Source: an uncultured Candidatus Binatia bacterium
GTDB taxonomy: Bacteria > Desulfobacterota > Binatia > Bin18
Direction: 5' to 3'
NCBI GenBank assembly: GCA_965200965.1
Contig: OZ241744.1
Span: forward strand, 2,976,001-3,040,000
DNA length: 64,000 nt
Shown: positions 20,088 to 29,451 of the stretch, piece after piece
Layout of the letters: the number at the start of each line of letters is the position of its first letter
How positions within the stretch are numbered: position 1 is the first letter of the stretch
Program-made: the position numbers and the translations under genes
Notes under the pieces: generated by a model
What the model saw: the letters and a program-made list of their open reading frames with translations, nothing else
Told to the model about the DNA's origin: nothing
Database searches by the model: none

Positions 20088-20537
20088 ATGGCCGGCTTGG
20101 CATTCGACACCCATAAAGCCGTCAAAGCCCTCCGGGAAGCCGGGGCGGACGAACCCTTGGCCGAAGCCGTTGTGGTGACGATTGGCAATGCGCTCGGCGA
20201 GCATGTTGCCACCAAGGCTGATGTGGCCGAAGCCAAGACCGCACTCAAGGCTGACATGGCCGAAGTCAAGGCTGAGCTCAAGGCTGACGTGGCCGAAGTC
20301 AAGGCTGAGCTCAAGGCTGATGTGGCCGAAGTCAAGGCTGAGCTCAAGGCTGATGTGGCCGAAGTCAAGACCGAGTTGGCCGAAGTCAAGGCTGAGCTCA
20401 AGGCTGACGTGGCCGAAGTCAAGGTCAACTTGGCGGAAATGGAAACCCGCCTCTACCGCCACCTGTGGATGATGGCCGCCGGCATTGTAGGGCTGACGGT
20501 CAGCCTGACCGTTGCCCTGGTGAAGCTGACCTCGTGA
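20088..20537 (+). CDS. DUF1640/CCDC90-like coiled-coil protein, copy 3 (149 aa)
   Basis: Same head and anchor with a different order of repeat units. Confidence 0.85.
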   Translation: MAGLAFDTHKAVKALREAGADEPLAEAVVVTIGNALGEHVATKADVAEAKTALKADMAEVKAELKADVAEVKAELKADVAEVKAELKADVAEVKTELAEVKAELKADVAEVKVNLAEMETRLYRHLWMMAAGIVGLTVSLTVALVKLTS

Positions 20538-21200
20538 CTATCCGCACGGGCAATTCTTACGAATTTGACCCACCAGGATGGCCGGCAACTCGTGGATGGA
20601 TTGCACGACACGGCTGGCGTGCGAAAAATCCTGGGATTTGGTGAAGGCGTGTTCAATGACGATACACTCCAGGCCGGCCGCCACCGCGGAGCGCAGACCG
20701 CGTTCAGAATCCTCAATCGCAATCGCTTCGTGGGGCTCAGCCCCGAACCGCTCCAGCGCGATCAGGTAGGGGTCGGGGGCCGGCTTGCTGCGCGCATAAT
20801 CACCGTTGGCAACCACAAAGTCCATATAGGACAGGAGCGTCCGGTCTTGGTGGATCAGGGCAAAGTCATCCTTCTTGGCCGTGGTGACAATCGCCATTGA
20901 AAAGAACGGCGACAGTTCGGCCAGTACGCTCAGTACGCCCGGAATCTCAATGTTTTCGGTCCGCAGACGCTCCTGGTAGGATCGGTTCCGCCGGCTGCGA
21001 TGGACGGCGATGACTTCTTCCGAGATGCCCCGCTGCCGGGCCAGCTCCCACATGGTCTGTCCCTGGGTCGTCCAGGCCACATATTCGGCTTTGTCAAAAG
21101 ATATCCCAAGTGCAGCCAGGGCGTGCCGGGTCGAGAGGAAGTACCAGTGTTCGGTATCGACCAGTACGCCGTCGTGGTCCCACAGAATGTATTTCAACAT
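20538..21200 (-). CDS. HAD-superfamily hydrolase (class IA)
   Basis: WDHDGVLVDTE, KPAPDPY, IEDSERG. Confidence 0.9.
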   Translation of the reverse strand: MLKYILWDHDGVLVDTEHWYFLSTRHALAALGISFDKAEYVAWTTQGQTMWELARQRGISEEVIAVHRSRRNRSYQERLRTENIEIPGVLSVLAELSPFFSMAIVTTAKKDDFALIHQDRTLLSYMDFVVANGDYARSKPAPDPYLIALERFGAEPHEAIAIEDSERGLRSAVAAGLECIVIEHAFTKSQDFSHASRVVQSIHELPAILVGQIRKNCPCG

Positions 21201-21222
21201 TGGGGTGTCCCGCGGCGTCTCC

Positions 21223-21681
21223 TCAGTCTTTGTCCGCCCAGCTCTTTTCGTAGTCGGTACTCATCCGCAGCCGGGCCCGCAGGTGTTTGATCTTCCATGC
21301 GCCGTCAATTTTGACGTAGTCGTCCTGGTAGCGGGCGGCCAGCCATTTGGCCTGATTGTTGTGATAAAATGTGAACGGTCCAAAAAAATACCAGCGTGCG
21401 GTCGCCCGGTCGCCGTCGAGCGTGATGACCGGGTTGAGCACCTGGTGCTGGGAGAAGCTGATCAAGGTCTGGAACTTTTTGAACAACTCACGGATAGCCG
21501 CATGCCCCTGAGCCTGCCCAAAGCCGCCGCCCTCCCAGATGCCGTCCGAGGCAAAGATCGTGGTGATGCGGTCCGGGTTATGGTCATCGTCGCAGATGTC
21601 GCAATACTCGGCCTTGAGCTGCTTGATGGCCTCAATATCCTCCATACGGGTCAGGCGTTTTTCGAGTTCGGTCATGTCCAT
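21223..21681 (-). CDS. SnoaL/NTF2-like protein
   Basis: EDIEAIKQLKAEYC, GDRATARWY, YQDDYVKIDGAWKI. Confidence 0.88.
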   Translation of the reverse strand: MDMTELEKRLTRMEDIEAIKQLKAEYCDICDDDHNPDRITTIFASDGIWEGGGFGQAQGHAAIRELFKKFQTLISFSQHQVLNPVITLDGDRATARWYFFGPFTFYHNNQAKWLAARYQDDYVKIDGAWKIKHLRARLRMSTDYEKSWADKD

Positions 21682-21882
21682 TGGGGGTCCTCCTTTCATG
21701 TACAGGGCAGCACCTGTTCTAGGAGATCAGCCCCCGGAGGTCAACAATCCGGCGGGCGACAGCGTGCTGTATATGGCGGCTCTGTTCTGGCGGGGGGATG
21801 GTGAAAGACCAGGCCGGTGTGAGGGCCGGTCTTGGCCACAACGCCGCCGGGGTGTACGGTGTGGCGAAAGGAGGACAGACAC

Positions 21883-22410
21883 ATGGCACGCATTCCATAC
21901 GTTGAGAAAGACACCGCGAGTGACGAGACCAGGGAGTTGTACGCCACGTTTGAGCAACAGTTCGGCATCGCCGAGGTCCCCAATGTCGTCAAGGCGCTGT
22001 CCAACAGCCCCGGGCTGGCCAAGCGCATCTTTCCACTGGCCAATTACTTCATGAACGAGTCGGCCCTTGACCCCCGGCTGCGGGAACTGGCGGTGCTGAC
22101 GCTGATGGACCGGCTTGACTGCAAGTATGGATTTGTCCGGCATATTGAGATTGCCGAACGAAGCGGCATTTCGCGCCAACAGATCGACAGCATCGGCTCG
22201 TATCAGACCAGCGCACTGTTCAGCGACGACGACAAGCTGATCATCCGCTATGCCGAAGAGCTGACCCGGAAGGGACAGGTTGACGACGCGCTGTTTCGGC
22301 AGGTCCAGGACCTGATCGGGCAGGATGGTGTCCTGGAGCTGACCGCGGCCACCGCCTTCTGGAACATGATGGCGCGCAACCTGAACGCCCTCCGGGTCGA
22401 TCTGGAGTAA
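21883..22410 (+). CDS. Carboxymuconolactone decarboxylase/AhpD-like protein
   Basis: MARIPYV, LDPRLRELAVL, C-x-Y...H; AAGGAGG RBS. Confidence 0.85.
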   Translation: MARIPYVEKDTASDETRELYATFEQQFGIAEVPNVVKALSNSPGLAKRIFPLANYFMNESALDPRLRELAVLTLMDRLDCKYGFVRHIEIAERSGISRQQIDSIGSYQTSALFSDDDKLIIRYAEELTRKGQVDDALFRQVQDLIGQDGVLELTAATAFWNMMARNLNALRVDLE

Positions 22411-22417
22411 GAGGGCA

Positions 22418-23710
22418 CTACGGCTCGCCCTCCACACCGGGGACGAAGCCAGGATGGTCGGCCAACTCCGGGGCTGCGGTCGCGGCCCCGGCCCCGAGGC
22501 TGAACAGCCCGATACAGCCCCCAAACGCCCAGTCATAGCTCCCCATATGGTCAAAAATCGCTCCGGCTATGACCGGGCCGGCGGCCCCCCCGAAGCTGAG
22601 GCCGATTGTGCCCAGCACCCCGGCGATGGTCCCAAACGCCCGCCGACCAAAATCATGGCCAACGGTCAGGGGCCACAGCACGATCATTCCGCCGTAGCCC
22701 AGACCAAACAGGGGAACGAACAGGGCGAGGCTCCAGACCCCCAAGGGCTCAAGATACATCAGAAACCCGGTCCCGGCCGCCTGCATGAGCAGACAGACCG
22801 CCAGAATATAGTGCGGACGGGGAAAGTGCTCACTGACCCAGCCGGCCGCAAAGCGTCCGGCCATGCTCATGCCCAGGCTGACGCCGGTCAGCGTTGCCGC
22901 CAGCTCGAGCGACTGCCCGGCGTCCTGCAGAAACGCGACCTGGTGGGTATGGACCGCCCCGGCCGCCATCAGCCCCAGACAAAACGCCAGCCCCAACAGC
23001 CAGAAGGTCGGGGTGAAGAGGGCTTCTTTGAGCGTCCAGTCTCTAGCCGCCGGGGCGGTGTGGGTGTCAGCCGGGCCGCCCTGGCCCAGCGCACGCAGCC
23101 CCTTCTCCTCCGGGCTGTTGGCCACAAAGAACCAGATGAGCGGAAACATGAGGCCGAGCGACAGCAGGGCCAGGGCTTGGTAGGCCAGCCGCCAACTGAA
23201 CTCGGCGATCAAAAAGCCGCACAGCGGCACCAGGACCAGCCCCCCGCCGCTGGCCCCGACCAGAGCGATACCCATCGCCAAGCCCCGCTTGGCCACAAAC
23301 CACTGGGTCACGACCTTGCCCACCGGCATTGGTCCAATGCCGGCCAGCCCGACGCCCAAGAGCAGATACCAGCCGTAATAGCTGCTCAGGTCTTCGACCG
23401 CACTCAGGAAGAGCAGGGCCACGCCGTCGATCACCGCGCTGAGCAGAAAGACCCGTCTGGCCCCAATGTGATCCACCAGCCAGCCCCAGCCGGGCAGGAC
23501 CAGCCCGCCGACCAGCAGGTACAGCGAGAAGGCCGTTGCGGTTTCGGCCCGTGACCAGCCAAACTCTTCAGTCAGCGGCTTGAGAAAGGTCGAAAAGGTG
23601 TAGGTGAAGCCGCCGTCAATGATCGACACCACAAACAGGACAGCAATAATGAACCAGCCATAGAAGAAGCCGGCCGGTCCTTGGCCGTCCGTAGCGTGGG
23701 TGTCCATCAT
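22418..23710 (-). CDS. MFS transporter (OFA/MCT-like)
   Basis: FFYGW, EFGWSR, WFVAKRGLAMG; about 12 hydrophobic segments. Confidence 0.9.
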   Translation of the reverse strand: MMDTHATDGQGPAGFFYGWFIIAVLFVVSIIDGGFTYTFSTFLKPLTEEFGWSRAETATAFSLYLLVGGLVLPGWGWLVDHIGARRVFLLSAVIDGVALLFLSAVEDLSSYYGWYLLLGVGLAGIGPMPVGKVVTQWFVAKRGLAMGIALVGASGGGLVLVPLCGFLIAEFSWRLAYQALALLSLGLMFPLIWFFVANSPEEKGLRALGQGGPADTHTAPAARDWTLKEALFTPTFWLLGLAFCLGLMAAGAVHTHQVAFLQDAGQSLELAATLTGVSLGMSMAGRFAAGWVSEHFPRPHYILAVCLLMQAAGTGFLMYLEPLGVWSLALFVPLFGLGYGGMIVLWPLTVGHDFGRRAFGTIAGVLGTIGLSFGGAAGPVIAGAIFDHMGSYDWAFGGCIGLFSLGAGAATAAPELADHPGFVPGVEGEP

Positions 23711-23749
23711 GCGAAGCTGAGCAGAGGCCGGCTTCCCAGCGGCCTGGGC

Positions 23750-24883
23750 TCAGTCAAAATGATATACCCGGGCGGCATTCCCGCCGGCGATCTTGGCTTT
23801 TTCCTCCGCGCTGCAATCGGCCAGAATATCCTCCAGAATCTGCCGGGTGCGGGGGAAGGTTGCCTCTGGGTGGGGGTAGTCTGAGCCCCACTGGAGATTG
23901 TCCACGCCGATCAGGTGGCGGTGCTGGATGCCGAGGGCGTCTTCCTGAAAGCCCAGAAACACATTACGGTGGAAATACTGGCTGGGCAGCATGTCGCCTG
24001 GGTAGCGGTCCCAGTAGCCCTTTTTGAACAGGTCACGCGCACGTTGGGTATAGTTGTAGTCGAGCCGGTCAATGAAGTGTGGCACCCACGACAGTTCCAT
24101 CTCGACCGCGCCGACCTGGAGTTTGGGGTAGCGGGCAAAGACGCCGCTGTAGATCATCTGGGCCAGCGACATCCGCACCCAGTAGTCGGCGTTGGCCACA
24201 AAGGCCGGCGTCAACTCGTCAAACACAAAGGTCTGGCCCGGGCCGGGCCGGTTGGTGCCGATGTGGAGGCCGAGCGGCATCTCCAGGTCTTGGGCCGCGG
24301 CCCACAGCGCGTCGTACTCGGGCAAGTCGTAGGTCTGGCCCTCGCGCGGATAGCAGGTAATCATGGCCCCCGCCAGCCCCATGTTGGCGCAGCGCTCCAG
24401 CTCTGTGATGCCGGCCGGCAGGTCATCAATGTCGAGCATGGCGATGCCCTTGAGCTTGTTGGGAAACGGCCGGCAGAACTCGGCCAGCCAGTCGTTGTAG
24501 GCACGAAAGATGGCCGTCATCAGCTCACTCTCCGACATGGTGAACAGCAGCAGGCCGACCGTCGGATAGAGGACCCCGCCGTCCACCCCGTCCAGTTCCA
24601 TATCCTTGACGTGTTCCTCCGGCAGGTAGCCGCCGGGCCGGACATTGTCCATTGTGTCAGCACTGCTGAGTTTTTCGGGTTCCTCAAAGCGCCGACCGGT
24701 CTGGGCACCGGCAAAAGCGCCCATGACCTTGCGACCGTCGCAGAACCACCAGTCACCCCCGTCGTCAAGGCGCACAACATGCGGGGCGCGCTCACGCCAC
24801 TTGGGCGCAACCCTCGTTGCCCACAGGTCGGCCGGTTCAAAAATGTGATTGTCCGAAGAGATGATCCTGTATATGTCGGTCAT
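23750..24883 (-). CDS. Amidohydrolase_2 family protein
   Basis: IISSDNHIFEP, AYNDWLAEFC, WGSDYPH. Confidence 0.9.
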   Translation of the reverse strand: MTDIYRIISSDNHIFEPADLWATRVAPKWRERAPHVVRLDDGGDWWFCDGRKVMGAFAGAQTGRRFEEPEKLSSADTMDNVRPGGYLPEEHVKDMELDGVDGGVLYPTVGLLLFTMSESELMTAIFRAYNDWLAEFCRPFPNKLKGIAMLDIDDLPAGITELERCANMGLAGAMITCYPREGQTYDLPEYDALWAAAQDLEMPLGLHIGTNRPGPGQTFVFDELTPAFVANADYWVRMSLAQMIYSGVFARYPKLQVGAVEMELSWVPHFIDRLDYNYTQRARDLFKKGYWDRYPGDMLPSQYFHRNVFLGFQEDALGIQHRHLIGVDNLQWGSDYPHPEATFPRTRQILEDILADCSAEEKAKIAGGNAARVYHFD

Positions 24884-24968
24884 AGTCCCTCCTTTATCGT
24901 GTCAGACAGCGGCGTCGGAGCGGACCAGCCGCCCCAACGCCGGCCCCCCAGGCAGTCGGACACCGGGG

Positions 24969-25391
24969 CTACAGTTCGGGCGGGGCCAGAATCGTGAAGC
25001 CGAAGAACGGATCGCTGCCGGTCCGCAGGGTATGCGGAGAGCCGGCCGGAATCATCAACACGTCACCGGCCTTGAGGTCTTGTTCTTTGCCCGACACCCG
25101 GGCGGTCGCCCCGCCGTCGATCACATAGATGATCTGGTCGCCCTTGTGGGTATTCTCGCTGTCGTTGCTGTAGTTGGCCGGCAGATTGAACACCACCGTC
25201 TGGCTCTGCTCGGTCTCCTGGAGCTTCTGGACCGGCTTGTCCTTGTAGTCAAACACATTTGCCACGTCCAGACCGCCGGCCCCGTTGGCCGCGCCCAGTT
25301 CGGTCATCTGGGCCTCGAACAGTGCATCCGAAATCAGCCCTTTGCGGTACGCCTTGAGGAGTTGCTGTACCTCAAAATCGCGTGTTGCCAT
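24969..25391 (-). CDS. Cupin-domain protein
   Basis: H-x-G-DQIIYVIDG, LKAGDVLMIPAGSPH; AAGGAAAGGAG leader. Confidence 0.8.
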   Translation of the reverse strand: MATRDFEVQQLLKAYRKGLISDALFEAQMTELGAANGAGGLDVANVFDYKDKPVQKLQETEQSQTVVFNLPANYSNDSENTHKGDQIIYVIDGGATARVSGKEQDLKAGDVLMIPAGSPHTLRTGSDPFFGFTILAPPEL

Positions 25392-25460
25392 AGTGTGTCT
25401 CCTTTCCTTGCTGGTTTCCCTCCGCCATACCCCCAGATCAGCCCGAAAGTCAAGCTGCAA

Positions 25461-25495
25461 GAGGGCTTGCCTTCTCCGCCCTTGTTTTTTAGTCT
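25461..25495 (+). promoter_or_regulatory. Putative sigma70 promoter; copy 1 of a 21-bp direct repeat
   Basis: GAGGGCTTGCCTTCTCCGCCC; TTGCCT-N17-TAGTCT upstream of the TA module. Confidence 0.55.
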
Positions 25496-25552
25496 CGTGA
25501 CGAATTGAGCCTTGGAGGAAGACTGTTCAATCTCACCAGCGAGGGAATGCGC

Positions 25553-25756
25553 ATGATGAATACGATCCTGGCCGTCGTCCGTGAAGGCAAAATCGTCCCC
25601 TTGGAAGCGATGCAGCTCCCTGAAGGAACGCGGGCTTTGGTCACACTCCTGCCTGAAGATGAGGCGAGCTTCTGGCGAGCGGCAAGTGCGTCTTCATTGG
25701 AGGGGGTATGGGGGAACACAGCGGACGATGTCTATGCCGAGCTCCTTGAAAAATGA
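25553..25756 (+). CDS. Putative antitoxin (DUF104-like N-terminus)
   Basis: Small acidic ORF (AVVREGKIVPLE...LPEGT, W...DDVY) overlapping the toxin start. Confidence 0.7.
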   Translation: MMNTILAVVREGKIVPLEAMQLPEGTRALVTLLPEDEASFWRAASASSLEGVWGNTADDVYAELLEK

Positions 25757-26078
25757 GATTGTGCTTGTCCGCTATCCGTTCTCCGACCTCAGCAACTCAA
25801 AGGTTCGCCCTGCCGTCGTCGTCAACGCGCCTCATCCGTCCCAAGACCTCCTCATTGTCCCGCTCACAAGCAGGACCCCAGCATTGCTCAGGGGTGAGTT
25901 TGTCCTCGCTGAATGGAAGAGAGCAGGTTTGAACGTCGAGACAGCCGTCAAGCGTGGTCTCTTCACCATAGATCAAAAGCTGGTGAGAAAGAGTATCGAA
26001 ACCCTGCCGAAAGAGGATGCTGACAAGCTGGAAAGATCATTATGTGAATGGTTGGATTTGGCCTGTAGGTCGGATTAG
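25734..26078 (+). CDS. PemK/MazF-family toxin
   Basis: IVLVRYPFSDLSNSKVRPAVVV, IVPLTS; stop TAG lies inside a REP. Confidence 0.88.
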   Translation: MPSSLKNEIVLVRYPFSDLSNSKVRPAVVVNAPHPSQDLLIVPLTSRTPALLRGEFVLAEWKRAGLNVETAVKRGLFTIDQKLVRKSIETLPKEDADKLERSLCEWLDLACRSD

Positions 26079-26129
26079 CGTAGCGTAATCCGGCATGTTG
26101 GCTTACACTTGACGGTTAAGCCGACCTGC
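26065..26129. repeat. Complete REP doublet (REPIN-like)
   Basis: GTAGGTCGGATTAGCGTAGCGTAATCCGGC followed by inverted GTTGGCTTAC...TAAGCCGACCTGC. Confidence 0.85.
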
Positions 26130-26191
26130 GGCTGACACACAGCACGCAGAGGCCGGCATTGGGCCGGTTCCTGCAAACTTCAGGGCTTGAG

Positions 26192-26226
26192 GAGGGCTTG
26201 CCTTCTCCGCCCGCATCTGGTAGGCA
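26192..26226 (+). promoter_or_regulatory. Copy 2 of the 21-bp direct repeat; putative promoter of the GTPase gene
   Basis: GAGGGCTTGCCTTCTCCGCCC identical to 25461-25481; TTGCCT-N17-TAGGCA. Confidence 0.5.
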
Positions 26227-26235
26227 GGGCTGATT

Positions 26236-28467
26236 ATGGAGATGGAGAGAGCGCAACGAATCAGTGATATCATCTCGAAGCGGAAGCCCTTCGTTTCGAA
26301 AATTGAAGCCGTGAAGGGCAATCTCAATTCTCTGGGGACAGCGTTCGTCGCCTTGGAAAGACAGCGGGATAAACTCCTTGACCTCCTCGGTGGTGACGAT
26401 AAAGATACTGTTGAAAACCTGCGAAAAATTGAGGTCAATTCTCTTCCGCGAGAAATCGTTGAACAGACCAGTTCCCTTGACAGACTCAAAAAACGCTTTT
26501 CGCGCAAGACCCTCAACATTGCGGTTATCGGACGGGCCCGCCAGGGCAAGAGCCGCCTGCTGCAAAGTTTAAGCGGGCTTTCACCCACAGAAATTCCCGA
26601 CGGCAGCGGCCAACATTGCACCGGGGTGCGGAGTACCATTTTTCACGACGATCGAGCGTCTGAAACTTCTGCTGAGGTCGTTTTTCACACGGAGCGGTCT
26701 TTCCTGGAGGAGGTGATTTACCCTTACTACGAGGAGTTGGAGTTAGGCCGAAAACCTACCTTCGTGGACGATTTTTCCCGGGATCCCCTGCCACCGTTAT
26801 CGGACGGTAGCAGTGCAGCGGATAAAGCCAAATATGAGCATTTACAGCGCTACAAGACCCACCTTGATAGCTACGGTGGCTTGTTGAACGAATCTCCGCG
26901 GTCCATTCCGGGCAAGGAAATCCCCACCTACGTCGCTCAGGACGGGGGGAACTATCGTTATATGGCGGTTCGAGAGGTAAAAATTACCTGCCACTTTCCT
27001 AAAGAAGACGTGGGGCAGATTGCCTTGGTTGATCTCCCCGGGTTGGGAGATACCGGTATTGGTGATGCGGAACGATTGATCAAAACCCTGAGCCAGGACG
27101 TTGACTTCGTGCTCTTCGTCAGAAAACCGAATCCGAGCGGGGACTTTATCGCCGATGTCGACATCAGCCTGTATGATACCGCCCGTTCGGCGCTGAGGGA
27201 AATTCCGCTGGAAGAGTGGTCTTTTATGGTGTTCAACACAATTGACCCCTCTTCCAGAGGAGAACAAGGCGACAACTCAGATTTGTGCAGAGAGCTTTCT
27301 GAAAAAGTAAATGAAGGCTCAACCATAAAGGTTTCCGAGACTATCATCGCTAACTGCGCTGACCCTCAATCGGCGTCAACAGGTATCCTGGACCCCTTAC
27401 TCGACTACTTGGAGGGGCACATCACAGCCCTTGATGAAGGGTACCTCTCAGCTTGTCTCGACAAGCACGAGCGGCTGCATCGCACAATTAACGCGGAATT
27501 AGAGAAGGCCCGGACTGCTCTGGGTAAGGCAGAATCAGACGATGTAGAATTCGTAGCGCTCTTTCGAGAGTTGTGGAGAAATCTGAATCGCGGGCTTACA
27601 GCCTTACTTCGAAGATTCGAAGGGATCCGTGAGGCGGAGAACAGTCAGTACAGACAAGACTTTCAAAAATCTGTGGCAGCAATCATAAAGGAGTGTCGTG
27701 ACAGCACAAATTCGATTATTCCAACTCTGGAGCATATCGAAACAACAATAGACACCGAAAACTCTGCCCAGAGTGCTTACAACGTCTACCTTGACCAGAC
27801 TCGGGCTCACCTGTCGCAAAAATTCTTGAAATTGGATGAGGGCTTGACGCACTCTTTTGACATGATGAAAGCCCAGGTCTCCGAAGTTCTTATAGAAAAG
27901 GGACGCATGGGAGGACTGACCGATTCCAGAGGGCCGAAGTTTCTCGAAGAAATAAAAAATCAACTTGAAGATATCAAGGAACATACGAAAGAACTAAAGG
28001 AAGGTTTTGAAATCCTTTCCGATTTCACGCTATCCTACAGAGGATTTGCGCAGCACCGCATTCGCAAGCGTTTTGACGACCTTACCACCGATACGTCCCG
28101 GCGTAAGCTCAATTCATTCTCCTTGTCGAGGATAATAAAACGTCAGGAGGTCTCGGACGCAGAGAAGATTCGAGAGAATCTGGAATTCCTATACAACGAA
28201 GCCGTTTCCAAATGCGAGATTGCGCTGAAGGAGTTGCTTCCTGAGCCTTCTGAAGCGGCCTTTGCAATCGTCGAAGAATTTAACGATCGCGTTTTAAGGG
28301 CGGAAAACGTTCAGGACGAATGGCGGATATTCCTCCGCCTAGAGCGTCATAGGATATGGCCGGAAAAGTTCGGACTCATCGGCGAAGGGACCAAACTGCG
28401 TGAGGAGTGGTATTCCATAATAGAGCGCATCGAAAAGGCGAATAAAGAAGACCCCCTACTCGCTTAG
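26236..28467 (+). CDS. Dynamin-like GTPase with long helical C-terminus
   Basis: G1 GRARQGKS, G2 HCTG, G3 DLPG, G4-like FNTID; lower GC. Confidence 0.8.
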   Translation: MEMERAQRISDIISKRKPFVSKIEAVKGNLNSLGTAFVALERQRDKLLDLLGGDDKDTVENLRKIEVNSLPREIVEQTSSLDRLKKRFSRKTLNIAVIGRARQGKSRLLQSLSGLSPTEIPDGSGQHCTGVRSTIFHDDRASETSAEVVFHTERSFLEEVIYPYYEELELGRKPTFVDDFSRDPLPPLSDGSSAADKAKYEHLQRYKTHLDSYGGLLNESPRSIPGKEIPTYVAQDGGNYRYMAVREVKITCHFPKEDVGQIALVDLPGLGDTGIGDAERLIKTLSQDVDFVLFVRKPNPSGDFIADVDISLYDTARSALREIPLEEWSFMVFNTIDPSSRGEQGDNSDLCRELSEKVNEGSTIKVSETIIANCADPQSASTGILDPLLDYLEGHITALDEGYLSACLDKHERLHRTINAELEKARTALGKAESDDVEFVALFRELWRNLNRGLTALLRRFEGIREAENSQYRQDFQKSVAAIIKECRDSTNSIIPTLEHIETTIDTENSAQSAYNVYLDQTRAHLSQKFLKLDEGLTHSFDMMKAQVSEVLIEKGRMGGLTDSRGPKFLEEIKNQLEDIKEHTKELKEGFEILSDFTLSYRGFAQHRIRKRFDDLTTDTSRRKLNSFSLSRIIKRQEVSDAEKIRENLEFLYNEAVSKCEIALKELLPEPSEAAFAIVEEFNDRVLRAENVQDEWRIFLRLERHRIWPEKFGLIGEGTKLREEWYSIIERIEKANKEDPLLA

Positions 28468-28488
28468 GAGGGAGAAAGTGAGGAGCAT

Positions 28489-28929
28489 ATGCCCAAAAAC
28501 TCGATCCAAAATCAACTGCACACCCCTCTGGGAAGGGCTTTGCGTGATGCTGGCATGGTGAACTGGGGAGAAGAGCAACAAGTCCGGCCGGGAAAGCTCT
28601 ATGGTTGGACGACGACGGGTCAGAATGGGCTAGGTGTGGGTGTATATGCGCGAGAAGCGACGGACAAGGTTGTCTCGCTGTTCCACATCAGGACTTGTGA
28701 GGAGGATGAAGTCAAGTTCGCCACTCGTCGGCATATAGCCGACTATCTCCCGGATATTCCATCTGAGGTGCTGGATTCCTGGATGGACTTCATTGAGACC
28801 TTGGAGCCTGTGCGACGCACGATATCTGACCAGCAGTACCTTGTAGTGCAACTGTCCCGGGTTGAGGAGAACGTTGACAGGATGATCGAGTTGATGAAGC
28901 CATTGTATCGTACAATGGATTCGAAATGA
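28489..28929 (+). CDS. Hypothetical protein, probable partner of the dynamin-like GTPase
   Basis: GAGGAG RBS, 21 bp after the GTPase, similar composition, short C-terminal coiled coil. Confidence 0.65.
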   Translation: MPKNSIQNQLHTPLGRALRDAGMVNWGEEQQVRPGKLYGWTTTGQNGLGVGVYAREATDKVVSLFHIRTCEEDEVKFATRRHIADYLPDIPSEVLDSWMDFIETLEPVRRTISDQQYLVVQLSRVEENVDRMIELMKPLYRTMDSK

Positions 28930-28956
28930 TAGCGTACAGGTTGGATCAGTTGAGTT

Positions 28957-28989
28957 GTCGGCTTACGCCTGACGGCTAAGCCGACCTAC
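28957..28989 (-). repeat. REP, right-type copy
   Basis: GTCGGCTTACGCCTGACGGCTAAGCCGACCTAC. Confidence 0.88.
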
Positions 28990-29315
28990 GCCCAGCACGC
29001 CGGGTCGTGTTGGAGGCCGGCGACATACTCCTTGAGCGACCACAGCAATCCGGGCCGGTCGCCCTGGAACAAGTGCCGCTCCAGACGCTCCGCAACCGCG
29101 GCGGCCGCATATCAAAGGCCATTTCCGCGGCGCACGAGGCATGGTGGGAATCCTCGTCGCCGGTCAGGTAGACTTTTCTCACGGCCGCCCATTCGGCAGG
29201 GCTGAGGACCGCCCCGACCTGCCGATCAAGCGGGCCGGTCAGATGTCGCCAGTTCGTCGGCCAAGCCTTCCATCTGCCTGACCTCCTCCTCCGGTTTGAG
29301 TAGCCCCCGGGTCAC
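28986..29315 (-). pseudogene. Remnant of a SIS-domain (GlmS/AgaS-like) sugar isomerase gene
   Basis: Frameshifted fragments LKPEEEVRQMEGLADE / RKVYLTGDEDSHHASCAAEMAF / VAERLERHLFQ; most of the middle is missing. Confidence 0.55.
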
Positions 29316-29451
29316 TCCAGACCGTGCATGATATTGACCTGTCCGCCCCAAGCGCCGCGCTCAAGACAGCGTCCTACAAACGTCCCGCCCTTGCCAGCCC
29401 CCGGCTCGGCGGAGTAATGAACACAGGAGCACGAATCAGAAGGAGGATCAC

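Noticed and set aside
19044-20537. 33/21-bp repeats as a CRISPR array
   Set aside because: The repeats are contiguous, in frame and coding, with no unique spacers and no cas genes in the window.
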